A stretch of DNA of 64,000 bases from Alphaproteobacteria bacterium (GTDB lineage: Bacteria > Pseudomonadota > Alphaproteobacteria > MPNO01 > UBA830), in the NCBI GenBank assembly GCA_965243135.1, contig OZ251539.1, forward strand, positions 5,312,001 to 5,376,000, read 5' to 3'. The notes beneath the pieces are model-generated. The model saw only the letters and a program-made list of their open reading frames with translations. It did not search any database and was not told the origin of the DNA. Position numbers and translations under genes: made by a program. The first letter of the stretch is position 1; each line of letters starts with the position of its first letter. Positions 1 through 8,665 of the stretch are shown piece by piece.

Positions 1-1
1 G

Positions 2-1414
2 GCGCTCGGCCTGCTCGCGCAGGATCTTTTGCCAGTCGGCCGCCTCGAATCCCCGCTCCGTCGTCTCGGTGCCGAACAGGCAATCGAAAAACCGTTCATC
101 TACGGCGCGGTCATACCTATCCGTGACCGTGTTTGCGCTGCTATCCTGAAAATCCGGATTCTCCGGCCCTTGCAGATAGACGAGCGCGGCTCTCCGGAGC
201 ACCTTCCGCGCCTCGCCAGCATGGTCAACCATCTTCTTCGAGAGCATTGCAAGCGGCGTCGGCTCATCGTCATCGTCCGGGTCGGATTCTGCAGTCAACT
301 GCGCAGCGATCGAATACGGCAACGGAATCACCCGCTCGTGCAGGCCCTCCGTCTTGCCCCGCCCGCGAACCATGACGGCCATGTGGATTTCCGAATCCTG
401 GTCGACCTCCACGTTTAGATCCTTTAACGCAAGCGGCGGCAGGAGCTCGCCGCGTTGCAGCAGGATCCTTTGGGCCAAGCGATAATCGAAGCCGCCGGCG
501 CCGACGGTCAGTGCGGACGCGCCCTCTTTGGTCCGATCGACAGGAACCCACGGATCGGCCAGGTTCCCATTCAGTGCTTGGGCGTTCACCCTCGCGTGCT
601 CCGATGGCCTGCCGACCGCGCGAAGCCGCGCGTCCTGACCGACCTTTAGTCGAACGCGGCGGCAGACCTCGATGAAGTAGGGGTCAAGTTCGTCGAGGCT
701 TATCTGTCCGTCGTTGTCCCACGGCTTGAGCCAGGTGAGCGCCAAACCATCTCGTCTTCGGAAGAGACTGTCCCCGGCCCGTCTGAGCACGTCATCCCTT
801 CGGGCGAGCAGCATGCGGCTGGCACGGCAAACGCGCGGCCCCCAGCGCGGCCCCGGTCGCCGATCCACCAAAACCCGGCTGGAAAAGCCACCGTTCATGC
901 GCGCAATACCGTAGTTTTTGGGACCAGAGTAGCCCTGAGTTGTCTGCATGGTCAGCAAGGCGTAAAGCCAATGGTGGGGTGCGCCTCCGGTCGCCTGCGC
1001 CTGTTTGCGATCATGGTTCTTGGCCGTTACCGGAACGTCGAGCATATCCGGCGTGCGGGCGCATTCGTTGAAGCTTCCGATGCATGTTGTCGGCGGCTGC
1101 AGGAACGCTGGTTTCGTTGGGTCGGAGACGGCGAGACTCCACGCCGTGGCGACGCATCTGGGAGTCAGCGCGGCGATCAGGCTGTGCCACTCGTCCGCCT
1201 CCGTCGGCAGGGTCTCCCGGCTCCCGTTGTGCAAGGCGACCGCCCCGAGCTGCGCAAGGAACTGATACCAAGCCTGCGCCTGATGCGCAGCGAGACCGTG
1301 GAAGGAATCGATGGCATCGCCGACGAGCCCGGCGTAGAGCATCGGCAAGGTTACGGAATCGCCGTTGCCGTCTCGAACAACGGGGATTATGGAACAAGTC
1401 AGCAGGTCGTGCAT
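2..1414 (-). CDS. cas8e: Type I-E Cascade large subunit Cas8e/Cse1 (CasA), 3' end runs off the window
   Basis: Absent from the ORF track, consistent with no stop codon in the window. Manual translation from ATG 1414 gives MHDLLTCSIIPV...HQAQAWYQFLAQLG...PAFLQPP...LDVPVTAKNHDRK...GYSGPKNYGIARMNGG, typical Cse1 motifs. Downstream of cas3 on the same strand. Confidence 0.85.
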   Translation of the reverse strand, partial: MHDLLTCSIIPVVRDGNGDSVTLPMLYAGLVGDAIDSFHGLAAHQAQAWYQFLAQLGAVALHNGSRETLPTEADEWHSLIAALTPRCVATAWSLAVSDPTKPAFLQPPTTCIGSFNECARTPDMLDVPVTAKNHDRKQAQATGGAPHHWLYALLTMQTTQGYSGPKNYGIARMNGGFSSRVLVDRRPGPRWGPRVCRASRMLLARRDDVLRRAGDSLFRRRDGLALTWLKPWDNDGQISLDELDPYFIEVCRRVRLKVGQDARLRAVGRPSEHARVNAQALNGNLADPWVPVDRTKEGASALTVGAGGFDYRLAQRILLQRGELLPPLALKDLNVEVDQDSEIHMAVMVRGRGKTEGLHERVIPLPYSIAAQLTAESDPDDDDEPTPLAMLSKKMVDHAGEARKVLRRAALVYLQGPENPDFQDSSANTVTDRYDRAVDERFFDCLFGTETTERGFEAADWQKILREQAER

Positions 1415-1530
1415 GGCTCGGTGCTCTTAAGGGTGGTCGGTCGCTTGATGGCCGGAAAGATGGCGGCCCGCATGCGCCGCCTTGCCATGAGTCGGGCAGG
1501 TCGCTGCGATAATGAACAAGTCGCCATCAT
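1399..1530 (-). CDS. Putative 43-aa leader or toxin peptide (MMATCSLSQRPARLMARRRMRAAIFPAIKRPTTLKSTEPCTTC)
   Basis: Strong SD AAGGAG (1544-1539) 8 nt before ATG-ATG. The ORF overlaps the cas8e start by 16 nt. Confidence 0.4.
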   Translation of the reverse strand: MMATCSLSQRPARLMARRRMRAAIFPAIKRPTTLKSTEPCTTC

Positions 1531-1602
1531 TGACAAATCTCCTTCTGGTTGCAGGTTTCGCGGCAGCGTCCTTACCGCCCAGCATACATGCCTGAGGGAA
1601 AA

Positions 1603-1642
1603 ATTATAACCTGTCATTATACCTGTTAAGAAAAATTTTTTT
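1603..1642 (-). promoter_or_regulatory. Putative promoter toward cas8e and protospacer of the mini-array
   Basis: Two TATAAT boxes on the minus strand (1621-1616, 1608-1603) within a direct repeat ACAGGT(T)ATAAT. On the + strand, AAC (1608-1610) followed by CTGTCATTATACCTGT matches the spacer 5' half. Confidence 0.6.
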
Positions 1643-1643
1643 G

Positions 1644-1672
1644 TTGACCGCGAACCGACGGTGAGATATTCT
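1644..1672 (+). promoter_or_regulatory. Sigma70-type promoter for the mini-array
   Basis: TTGACC-N17-TATTCT with an upstream A/T tract (1631-1642). Predicted start is about 1679, at the base of the repeat-1 hairpin. Confidence 0.65.
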
Positions 1673-1673
1673 G

Positions 1674-1763
1674 GCCTGCCCCGGCCTCTCGGGGATGAAC
1701 CGCTGACGTTATAGCTGTCCATGCAGCCGTTGGTGCTTCCCCCGCATGTGCGGGGACTTGTGG
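1674..1763 (+). CRISPR. Degenerate single-spacer type I-E mini-array (CreR/CreA-like)
   Basis: Repeat 1 GCCTGCCCCGGCCTCTCGGGGATGAACCG (1674-1702), spacer CTGACGTTATAGCTGTCCATGCAGCCGTTGGT (32 nt, 1703-1734), repeat 2 GCTTCCCCCGCATGTGCGGGGACTTGTGG (1735-1763). Both align without gaps to the 29-nt I-E repeat pattern GTGTTCCCCGCnnnnGCGGGGATRAACCG. Period is 61 bp. Confidence 0.85.
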
Positions 1764-1790
1764 AACGCGTAGAGAGCAGGTCGGGAACCA

Positions 1791-4373
1791 TCAATCGTCG
1801 ACTCTTGCCAAGCCCAGACGATCATATAGGTAACGGTGTGCGCCCATCCGGAAGCGAATTTCGCCGTCGGATGCAGAGATTTCCGACGGTTCGGCATCGA
1901 GGGGCAACTCGTTGACCATCCATCCCGGCAGCGTAAACTCCCGAACCCGTGCGCCGAAGGGGCCATGCAGGGGCTCAGGCAGTTCGATTCTACGGTCGTC
2001 CAATCCCAACCGCGTCATGATCGAGCGGTCGTCCTGCGGACAATTTGCGAGCAGAGATTCGAGCCAGTCGAGCAGTACCGAGCGCGCTGTCATGCCCTCG
2101 CCGAGCGCCGCGCCGAGCGCTGTCTCCAAGTGCGCGTCCCACGGCGGGCCGAGCTCTCTCGCGAGTTCGCACAGGCTTTCACCATGCGTCGCGGCCTCGA
2201 CCAGCGCGCGATTGTCGTCCGGGATGTGAATGGCGCCACGTTGCCTCAACCATCGCTCCGTCGCCAACACGCCGATCATGTTTCGGTAAACCCGGCCGAG
2301 GCCCATCGGCACTTGCCCGCGAACCTCGCCCTTCGCGTTGACATATTTGACCAGTTCCTCCGCAGTTGGCGCCAGCACCTCGACCGTCGGCGTCTCGAAG
2401 CCGATTGGGCGGGAGAGAACGTGACGGTGCAACCGGCCGATGCGTTGCAGCAGCACGTCGCCCGGCGCGATGTCCGTAATCAGCCGGTCGGCGCATATGT
2501 CGAGCGATTGCTCCGCCGTCTGCGTGGTCACGGCGACGATGCCAGCTCGAGATTCCTTCCCGAACGCGCGTTCCAGAACCTTATCCAGCTGCCGCCGGTC
2601 TTTCGGCGCGTAGCGACTGTGGTGCGGTGTGGCTACACCGTTGCAACGGAGCAGCGGCGCGCCGATGTCTTCCAATTGCCGAAAGGTATCTTGGGCGTCA
2701 CGCACGGTGTTGCGGATGAACAGCACGGCAGCGCCGTTCTCCGCCTGCCGTTTGACTTCCGCCAAGGCCGAACCGAGCGCCCCGTGATCAAGCAGCCGGA
2801 CGCTCACTCGCTTCTCCCGGCCGTCTCTGGGAAGAGGCCGCAACCCCTCGCCCGTTCGTTGAACGGCCGGGTAGGGCACTGCGGCGGCTTCCGCAAGGGT
2901 TGGCGACTCATGTTTTTCCACCCGTGCGCCGGATGCCAGAAAGCGCAGGCGCGCTACTGCGCCCAATGTCGCCGACATCAGCAGCGCATGGCCGCCGGCG
3001 GCCGAATGCTGATCGAGCACATTGCGCAGAATCTCGGTCATATAGGCGTCCGAGGCGTGCACCTCGTCGATGATCAACAGCAGGCGCAGCATCGGGCTGG
3101 AGCGGAGATGCGCGTGCCTCACCTGCAAACCGCCGAGCAGCAACTGGTCCACTGTCCCGACCATCGCTGCGCCGCTGAGATACCGTTTCGGGCGTTCCAC
3201 GGCCCATGCGCGGTCGACGTCCGTCTCGTCGGGCCAGAGCACCTTGGCCTGTTCCGGCAGGATCCGGCCCTCTTCGGCGTCGACTCGCAGATAGCCAGGA
3301 ACGGCCAACCCCACCGGCGGCGCCTCGTGGCCGAACCATCTTTGCAAGATTTCCGCGATCCGTCGGTGGATCTGCACGGCCGCCGCGCGGGTCGGCAGCG
3401 CGAAATAGAAGCCTTCCACCTCGCCAGCCCGGAACAGCCGAAGGAAATGCAGCACCGCGGCTTCGGTCTTTCCAGATCCGGTTTCCGCTTCCAGGGTCAC
3501 GACCTGCCCGTTCTTGGGCAGCGACGCGTTCCGCAGCGCCGCTTGCGCCGGCCGCGGCGTCGGCAGGTCCGGGAAGAGATCGGCGAAGGCGGTGGGGACC
3601 GTTGTTGCCGCTCGCCGCGCAACGCTCGAATCGAGCCAACGGCTGCGCAGCAGGTTGGCGGCCGCCATGCGTGCCCACGGAATCCGCTCGTTGCCGGTCG
3701 GTGCGCCTTGATGGGGAAACATAAAAACGCTCTGGTCCGAGCCGAGCCAGTCTGCGAGCGTGATCAGGCCAGCCAAAGCATGCATGAAGCGCGGCTCGGA
3801 CGGCAAAGTCGCCGCGGCTTCGTTGAACGCCAGAGGGAACATGGCTTTGAGAGCGTTCGCCGTTTCGGCGAGCGCCGACATGGGCGAATAGCCGTTCCGT
3901 TCGTTCCAGAGGCTCGGGTCCGGCCGGGCGCCGCCGTACGGCAAGCTTCCGTGATGGGCGAGCACGGCGTTCCACCAGGTAGCCTCGTCCTCTTCGTTGG
4001 CGAACCAGCACTTCCAGTCCCTTCTACGCAGGGCCTTGCGAACGCCTTTTGACAGCGGGCCTGTCGACGAATCGCAGACGATGGACCAGATCGGACCGAT
4101 ATGTCCGGCGTCCGGCTTTTCCCGGTGCAGCTTTGCCTGGAAACCATGATTGACTTTGCCAGCGTCGTGCAAACCGATGAAGAAGCCCGTTCTCTCGATA
4201 TCAATGACGTTGAGTCGACGTTTCGCCAACGCCTCCAGTCTGCGCCGAATGGTCGCAACGTTCATCAGCCCCTCGGCGACAGCGGCGACGTCGATGCAGT
4301 GATCGATCAGCTCGAGGAAAAGGGAAGAATCCGTCTCCGACTCTCGTACCGATTTGGCCCAGGCAACGCTCAT
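1791..4373 (-). CDS. cas3: CRISPR-associated HD nuclease/SF2 helicase Cas3 (type I-E)
   Basis: WAK, HCIDVAAV, LHDAGK, LAHHG and LADWLGS (HD domain); AETGSGKTE, DEVH, MSAT and QRIGRLHRH (helicase). GAGGG RBS before ATG 4373. Confidence 0.95.
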   Translation of the reverse strand: MSVAWAKSVRESETDSSLFLELIDHCIDVAAVAEGLMNVATIRRRLEALAKRRLNVIDIERTGFFIGLHDAGKVNHGFQAKLHREKPDAGHIGPIWSIVCDSSTGPLSKGVRKALRRRDWKCWFANEEDEATWWNAVLAHHGSLPYGGARPDPSLWNERNGYSPMSALAETANALKAMFPLAFNEAAATLPSEPRFMHALAGLITLADWLGSDQSVFMFPHQGAPTGNERIPWARMAAANLLRSRWLDSSVARRAATTVPTAFADLFPDLPTPRPAQAALRNASLPKNGQVVTLEAETGSGKTEAAVLHFLRLFRAGEVEGFYFALPTRAAAVQIHRRIAEILQRWFGHEAPPVGLAVPGYLRVDAEEGRILPEQAKVLWPDETDVDRAWAVERPKRYLSGAAMVGTVDQLLLGGLQVRHAHLRSSPMLRLLLIIDEVHASDAYMTEILRNVLDQHSAAGGHALLMSATLGAVARLRFLASGARVEKHESPTLAEAAAVPYPAVQRTGEGLRPLPRDGREKRVSVRLLDHGALGSALAEVKRQAENGAAVLFIRNTVRDAQDTFRQLEDIGAPLLRCNGVATPHHSRYAPKDRRQLDKVLERAFGKESRAGIVAVTTQTAEQSLDICADRLITDIAPGDVLLQRIGRLHRHVLSRPIGFETPTVEVLAPTAEELVKYVNAKGEVRGQVPMGLGRVYRNMIGVLATERWLRQRGAIHIPDDNRALVEAATHGESLCELARELGPPWDAHLETALGAALGEGMTARSVLLDWLESLLANCPQDDRSIMTRLGLDDRRIELPEPLHGPFGARVREFTLPGWMVNELPLDAEPSEISASDGEIRFRMGAHRYLYDRLGLARVDD

Positions 4374-4519
4374 TTTCAAAATCCCTCAACTCATTCGGAG
4401 CGTGCACCTTAGCGCGTATTTCACTGGATCCAATCTGGCGGAGGCGTTTGCGACGCGCCATTATTGTCAGCTATCCATCCGGTCGGGCGCCCCGCAATTC
4501 AGCTGGCCGCCCGCCGACA

Positions 4520-4700
4520 GATTCGCAAGGGTCTCGCAGAAGGTCTCGAGCAGGACCGGACGCAATGCGTAGCGGCGCTCCCCATAGTCGGGCAGTCGTG
4601 ATTCGATCAGCGCGAGGATATGGGGACGGGAGGTTGTCGATCCGAATTCAGGGCAGGGCTTGGTGTCGTTGATTGCCAGCGGCATGTTGCGGCAGCGGCT
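4520..4700 (-). pseudogene. DUF4338-type gene fragment
   Basis: Encodes HILALIESRLPDYGERRYALRPVLLETFCE, close to HILALVERCLPDDWDRRYALRPVLLETFCE in 40223-41110. Confidence 0.75.
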
Positions 4701-5114
4701 CCCGGTCGAGATTGTCCGGCTGACCCCTGCGCCGGGATCGGAGGCGGATACTTGGAAGATAGCCCGCACCGAGCGTAGCTCTATTTTTTGCCGACCCCGC
4801 CGCTGAAAGCGTCCCTCGCAGGCTCGACGGCAACCTCAGGCAGCACGGGAACCTCCAAGAAGTTCCATGCCGCCGGATCAGCGCCAGGAAGTCCAAGCTT
4901 TTGGGTAACCACATGATTTAGTGGAATTTCTTCACCGGAAAGACCAGCATGTGGTCTTCTCCGACCAAGCAGGTAGACCAGATCTGCTACCTAAAATTAT
5001 GTCAATAAAGGGCTTTTATTGGAAGAAAAAATTTGCCGCAGATTGTCGACACCGTCGGGTTGACCGGAAAGCCGTATTCGGCGAAATTGAATCTCTCGAA
5101 GGAACAACAACACC

Positions 5115-5333
5115 ATGAACTCAGACGGAAACGCGACCCAGACTTCGAAAAATGCTGGCAGGAACATTTCGGCCGCACCTTCGATTGTCTTGCTCAATCG
5201 AAGGCTCGGCACCTCGCCCGCTCTCCGGATGTTGACGCCGTCCGAAGTCGCCTTGCTGCGGCAGTGCGCGAAGGAAGCTTCCGAGATTGCTGGCGAGGTC
5301 CTTGCGAACGAAGGCGGCACGTCGGAAACTTGA
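5115..5333 (+). CDS. Small hypothetical protein (72 aa, MLTPSEVALLRQ helix)
   Basis: AAGGA upstream and ATGA overlap with the preceding short ORF. Confidence 0.4.
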   Translation: MNSDGNATQTSKNAGRNISAAPSIVLLNRRLGTSPALRMLTPSEVALLRQCAKEASEIAGEVLANEGGTSET

Positions 5334-5348
5334 CCCGTCTTCAGCACC

Positions 5349-5556
5349 GTAAGCGTTCGCTGCCGGGGGGACGAAAAAATTTCGTCTGGGGACTGGACAT
5401 CCGGTCCTGCTTGAGCCCTTCTGCGAAAGCCCCCGCTTCACGGGCGCCCGCTACCGCGCAGCCGGCCCGGGTCGGCAAACACAGGGCCGCAGCGGGCTCG
5501 ACGTGAAAAACGCGCTGCCGGTCAAGGAAGCAGGTTCCCGGGTAGCGAACGCTTAC
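5349..5556. mobile_element. 208-bp MITE-like internally deleted element with IS66-like terminal inverted repeats
   Basis: Left end GTAAGCGTTCGCTGCC, right end (reverse complement) GTAAGCGTTCGCTACC. Interior 5401-5527 is homologous to 40903-41043 (3' part of the DUF4338 gene). No target duplication seen. Confidence 0.75.
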
Positions 5557-5780
5557 CGTTGTTCTTCCGGCGCTTGACTGGCGGCAACAACCTGACCTCG
5601 TGACCGAGCTTCGCGATCTTTCGGCTCCAGTGGCGCAGCGCGGGCTGCGCACCTCGGCTGTTGCTTCGGGAAGTGCGACACTTGGCCGAGGGTCCGGCGA
5701 AACGCGACAAACCCGTCCGCTCGGGTGCCAACTCCGCTTCGCCGAGTCGATCCGCTAACCTGTTCCGTCCTCTCCTCGAT
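5557..5780 (-). pseudogene. IS110-family transposase remnant
   Basis: Encodes RHWSRKIAKLGHEVRLLPPVKRRKNN, resembling the IS110 HYWARE..LGHEVRL.PP..VK.KND segment. Cut by the element at 5349-5556. Confidence 0.7.
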
Positions 5781-6552
5781 ATGTTGTGGTTTGGTCTGAC
5801 GGTGCCAACGCGATGCCTCGGGAGGACGAAGCTCCCGAATTTTGTAACAAACTGGCGCTCTCCCCGATTCGCCTCCGCGCTATGCGCTCCGGCCAGGGAG
5901 AGCCTATCCGCCGGAAAAAAGGTGGTTGATGAGGTACAGGGCCTCATCGCGGTTGACAGGGGGGAAGCCTTATGTTACGTTCAGGGACACTCATCTAGGC
6001 ATAACCCAATGAAAAATATAACTTATTTGCCGCATGTGGAGCGTTAGACTGCATGGGAAAATTTTTCACCTATAGTGTTGACATCGGCGAAATAAACCTG
6101 AAACCTGACAATCGCTATCTCGGAGGACCGGAAAATGGAAGCATTCATGGAACGCACCGGGCAGCGCTATAGCCCCCCAATCGACCGGGCGCACGCGACG
6201 TTTGGCATCGTGGCGCTCTGGCGTTTTTCCGACTCGCGCCGGTAGAAGCCGGCAGACGGCCCACAGCAGGGGTTGCCGACAATCACGCGATGTCGGCAAC
6301 GGGACGCTTGCCGCTGTTCGGTATGAAGGTGCGTGGGTCTGTGGGTCTTTCCTGGACGATGGCAACTGCAACCTACCGGCCTTCGAAGGCTTCTCCGGCT
6401 TCTGCAACAAGATCGGGAAACCGAAACCTTTCGTCGGAACCTGAACCCTTGAAATGCTGCCCTGCTATGTTGAGAGCGCGACATCGCAATCCAACATTGA
6501 TGCAGGGACGTTTTGCAGCGTGCGGTAAGCTGGAATGTAAGGAGATAATGCT

Positions 6553-7356
6553 ATGAACGCACCATCCTCTAATAATTTTGAAGAAATCAAGGCTAGGGTT
6601 GAAAAAATTTTCATTTCGATCTACAGTTTGTATTCGCCGATAGTCTGGATTGTCTTGGGAATTATCCTGTGCGTTGCGGTCTTGGTTTCTGCTCTTCGAT
6701 ACGATTATCCTGCGGATGGTATCGCGCTCGGCAGCGCTGCGTTTTTCGCATCTTGGTTGTCGGGTGCATGGTGCAACGAACGAAAGAGGACAAAAATCCG
6801 CAATAGTAGACCGCTTGATCCAAGACGCGTGGTTAGAATAGAGGAAGCTCAGATTGCGAGTGATCTTGTACCTCTTGTCAACAAGCTGTCGCTTGAGAAT
6901 AGCAAGCTACGGATTGTAGGATATGATGGCCAATATATTTTGGGGAGAAATAAAAGACTTTGGAGAAAATCTCTGTCCAAATGGTTGAAGGAAGGTCTTG
7001 ATGTCGAATACATCTTGGTGAATCCTTCTCCTGAGGTTATTGATTCCTTTAAGGAAATAAAGGAGAAAGAGGAAGTAGAAGGCGTTAGATTGAAGCTATT
7101 CGTTTTCGAACGTTCCGACGCCAGTGGAACGACTGAATGGGAGGAGTTCAAGACATTTCATCCAACTTTGTTTTATGGCGGAGACGGAACCAAAGCTATG
7201 TGGATAGAGGAGGATCATCCGCTGGGAAGTAGATTCGCTTATGGTGTAACCTATGTGCCGCCGGATGCAATGAACGAGGAGCAAAACAGCAAGTTCAAAA
7301 AGTACGAACGGATGATTGATTCTTCCAAAGGTCATTGTCGTGAAGTGGCAGCTTGA
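6553..7356 (+). CDS. Low-GC membrane-anchored hypothetical protein (2 TM plus alpha/beta domain, possibly PLD-like fold)
   Basis: 267-aa ORF, AAGGAG RBS, two N-terminal hydrophobic helices, visibly AT-richer than the flanks. Confidence 0.8.
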   Translation: MNAPSSNNFEEIKARVEKIFISIYSLYSPIVWIVLGIILCVAVLVSALRYDYPADGIALGSAAFFASWLSGAWCNERKRTKIRNSRPLDPRRVVRIEEAQIASDLVPLVNKLSLENSKLRIVGYDGQYILGRNKRLWRKSLSKWLKEGLDVEYILVNPSPEVIDSFKEIKEKEEVEGVRLKLFVFERSDASGTTEWEEFKTFHPTLFYGGDGTKAMWIEEDHPLGSRFAYGVTYVPPDAMNEEQNSKFKKYERMIDSSKGHCREVAA

Positions 7357-7760
7357 GCGAAGTAGGGGAACGCTGCGTTATGGAAAGCAATATAGCTACG
7401 TTTTTGGTGACGTGTTTTGTTGCAACTGGCATCATAACAGGGACAAGTCTGGTACTGGTGAATTCAGTGGGGAATTCGCTATACCGTAGAGAAGGCGGAA
7501 ATTATATTTTCAGTACGAAACAAGCGTCTAGGCTGAGAAACAAAATCTTGTATTACCCGAATACTGTCTTCTTTATGTACTTAGGGTTGGGGATTATTTT
7601 GGTGATGATGGCAATTTGCAACGAACTTGAGGTGTCGGATATCTGCAACGAAGTTGAGTGGGGAATGGCTTGTTTCTCCGCTCTTTATTTTATATGGATA
7701 TTGTACAATATTCGGGATTATTGCTCGGACGCTTTTTATGCCTTTGGCGAGGGAGGGTGA
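7353..7760 (+). CDS. Low-GC membrane protein (3 TM)
   Basis: 4-nt overlap with the previous gene (alternative ATG at 7380) and three hydrophobic segments. Confidence 0.7.
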   Translation: MSEVGERCVMESNIATFLVTCFVATGIITGTSLVLVNSVGNSLYRREGGNYIFSTKQASRLRNKILYYPNTVFFMYLGLGIILVMMAICNELEVSDICNEVEWGMACFSALYFIWILYNIRDYCSDAFYAFGEGG

Positions 7761-8377
7761 CAACTTCTGTCGATAGGACGAATGCGTGGCCATTCTGGAG
7801 TCAGGAAGGCTTCGGCGCGTCCTGAGCTTCCTGAACCCGGAGGGGCTCGCAAAACGCCGTTCGTTTCGTCGTTTCCATAGCCTCGACAAGCTTGCCGCTT
7901 CGTTGCCCTACGTCGCCGATCTCCGGGCGAGGAATCGGGGACAAACGATCTTCGCTCTCTTTCGGGAACGGATATCGGTTTTCGGCGGCCCGCTTGTAGC
8001 GCGGTCGCTGCTTTCGGGTCCGTCTGGACTTTCCAAATCGTGATGCCCATGTCTTCCGGCAAGGCATCGGGGCGTCGGCGGGAATTTTTTGCCGTTCCGC
8101 GGTCGGCAACCCGAAGTCCTGCAGGCTTGCACGGCGCCCGAATCTGCCGACGGTAAGCTGGAGCCGTCGGCCCCGTCGGGCTGCGCTCTCGAAGCCGGGC
8201 CGGTGCTGCAGCCGGCTCGGGCAATCCCGCGTTTGACGCGCACGGGGTGAGGGAACGCCGCTCCGTCCGCCGTTCCAGGCGTCGGCGAACGCCCGGCCCG
8301 GCGGTTCCGCCCTGTTCGCCTTGCCGATCCCGAGGCGCGGTGATAGGTTCCGGCGGCTTTTTCAGGGGTGCAGGCTC

Positions 8378-8665
8378 ATGTCCGTCGACCGCGAGACCGT
8401 CCTCCATATGGCGCGCCTGGCCCGCATCGAGTTGCCGGAAGCGGACCTCGACGCCCTGGCTGCGGAGCTTTCCGGAATCATCGGCTGGGTCGAGCAGCTC
8501 GAAGAGGTCGACACCGCGAACGTCGAGCCGATGACGGCGGCGGTCGGCGCCGAACTGCGCTGGCGCGCCGACGAGGTCACCGACGGCGGCATCCGGGATC
8601 GCGTCGTCGCCAACGCGCCGGAAGCCGGAAACGGCATGTTCGCCGTTCCGAAAGTCATCGAATAG
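8378..8665 (+). CDS. gatC: Asp/Glu-tRNA amidotransferase subunit C
   Basis: [17 protein letters not shown]...FAVPKVIE. Confidence 0.95.
   Translation: MSVDRETVLHMARLARIELPEADLDALAAELSGIIGWVEQLEEVDTANVEPMTAAVGAELRWRADEVTDGGIRDRVVANAPEAGNGMFAVPKVIE

Noticed and set aside
4459-4490. Second possible mini-array target upstream of cas3 (AGCTATCCAT versus spacer AGCTGTCCAT)
   Set aside because: The match is central only. Seed positions 2-6 mismatch and the flanking triplet is CGC, not an AAN PAM.
7786-8310. Short ORFs upstream of gatC
   Set aside because: No RBS or motif support; likely intergenic or decayed DNA.
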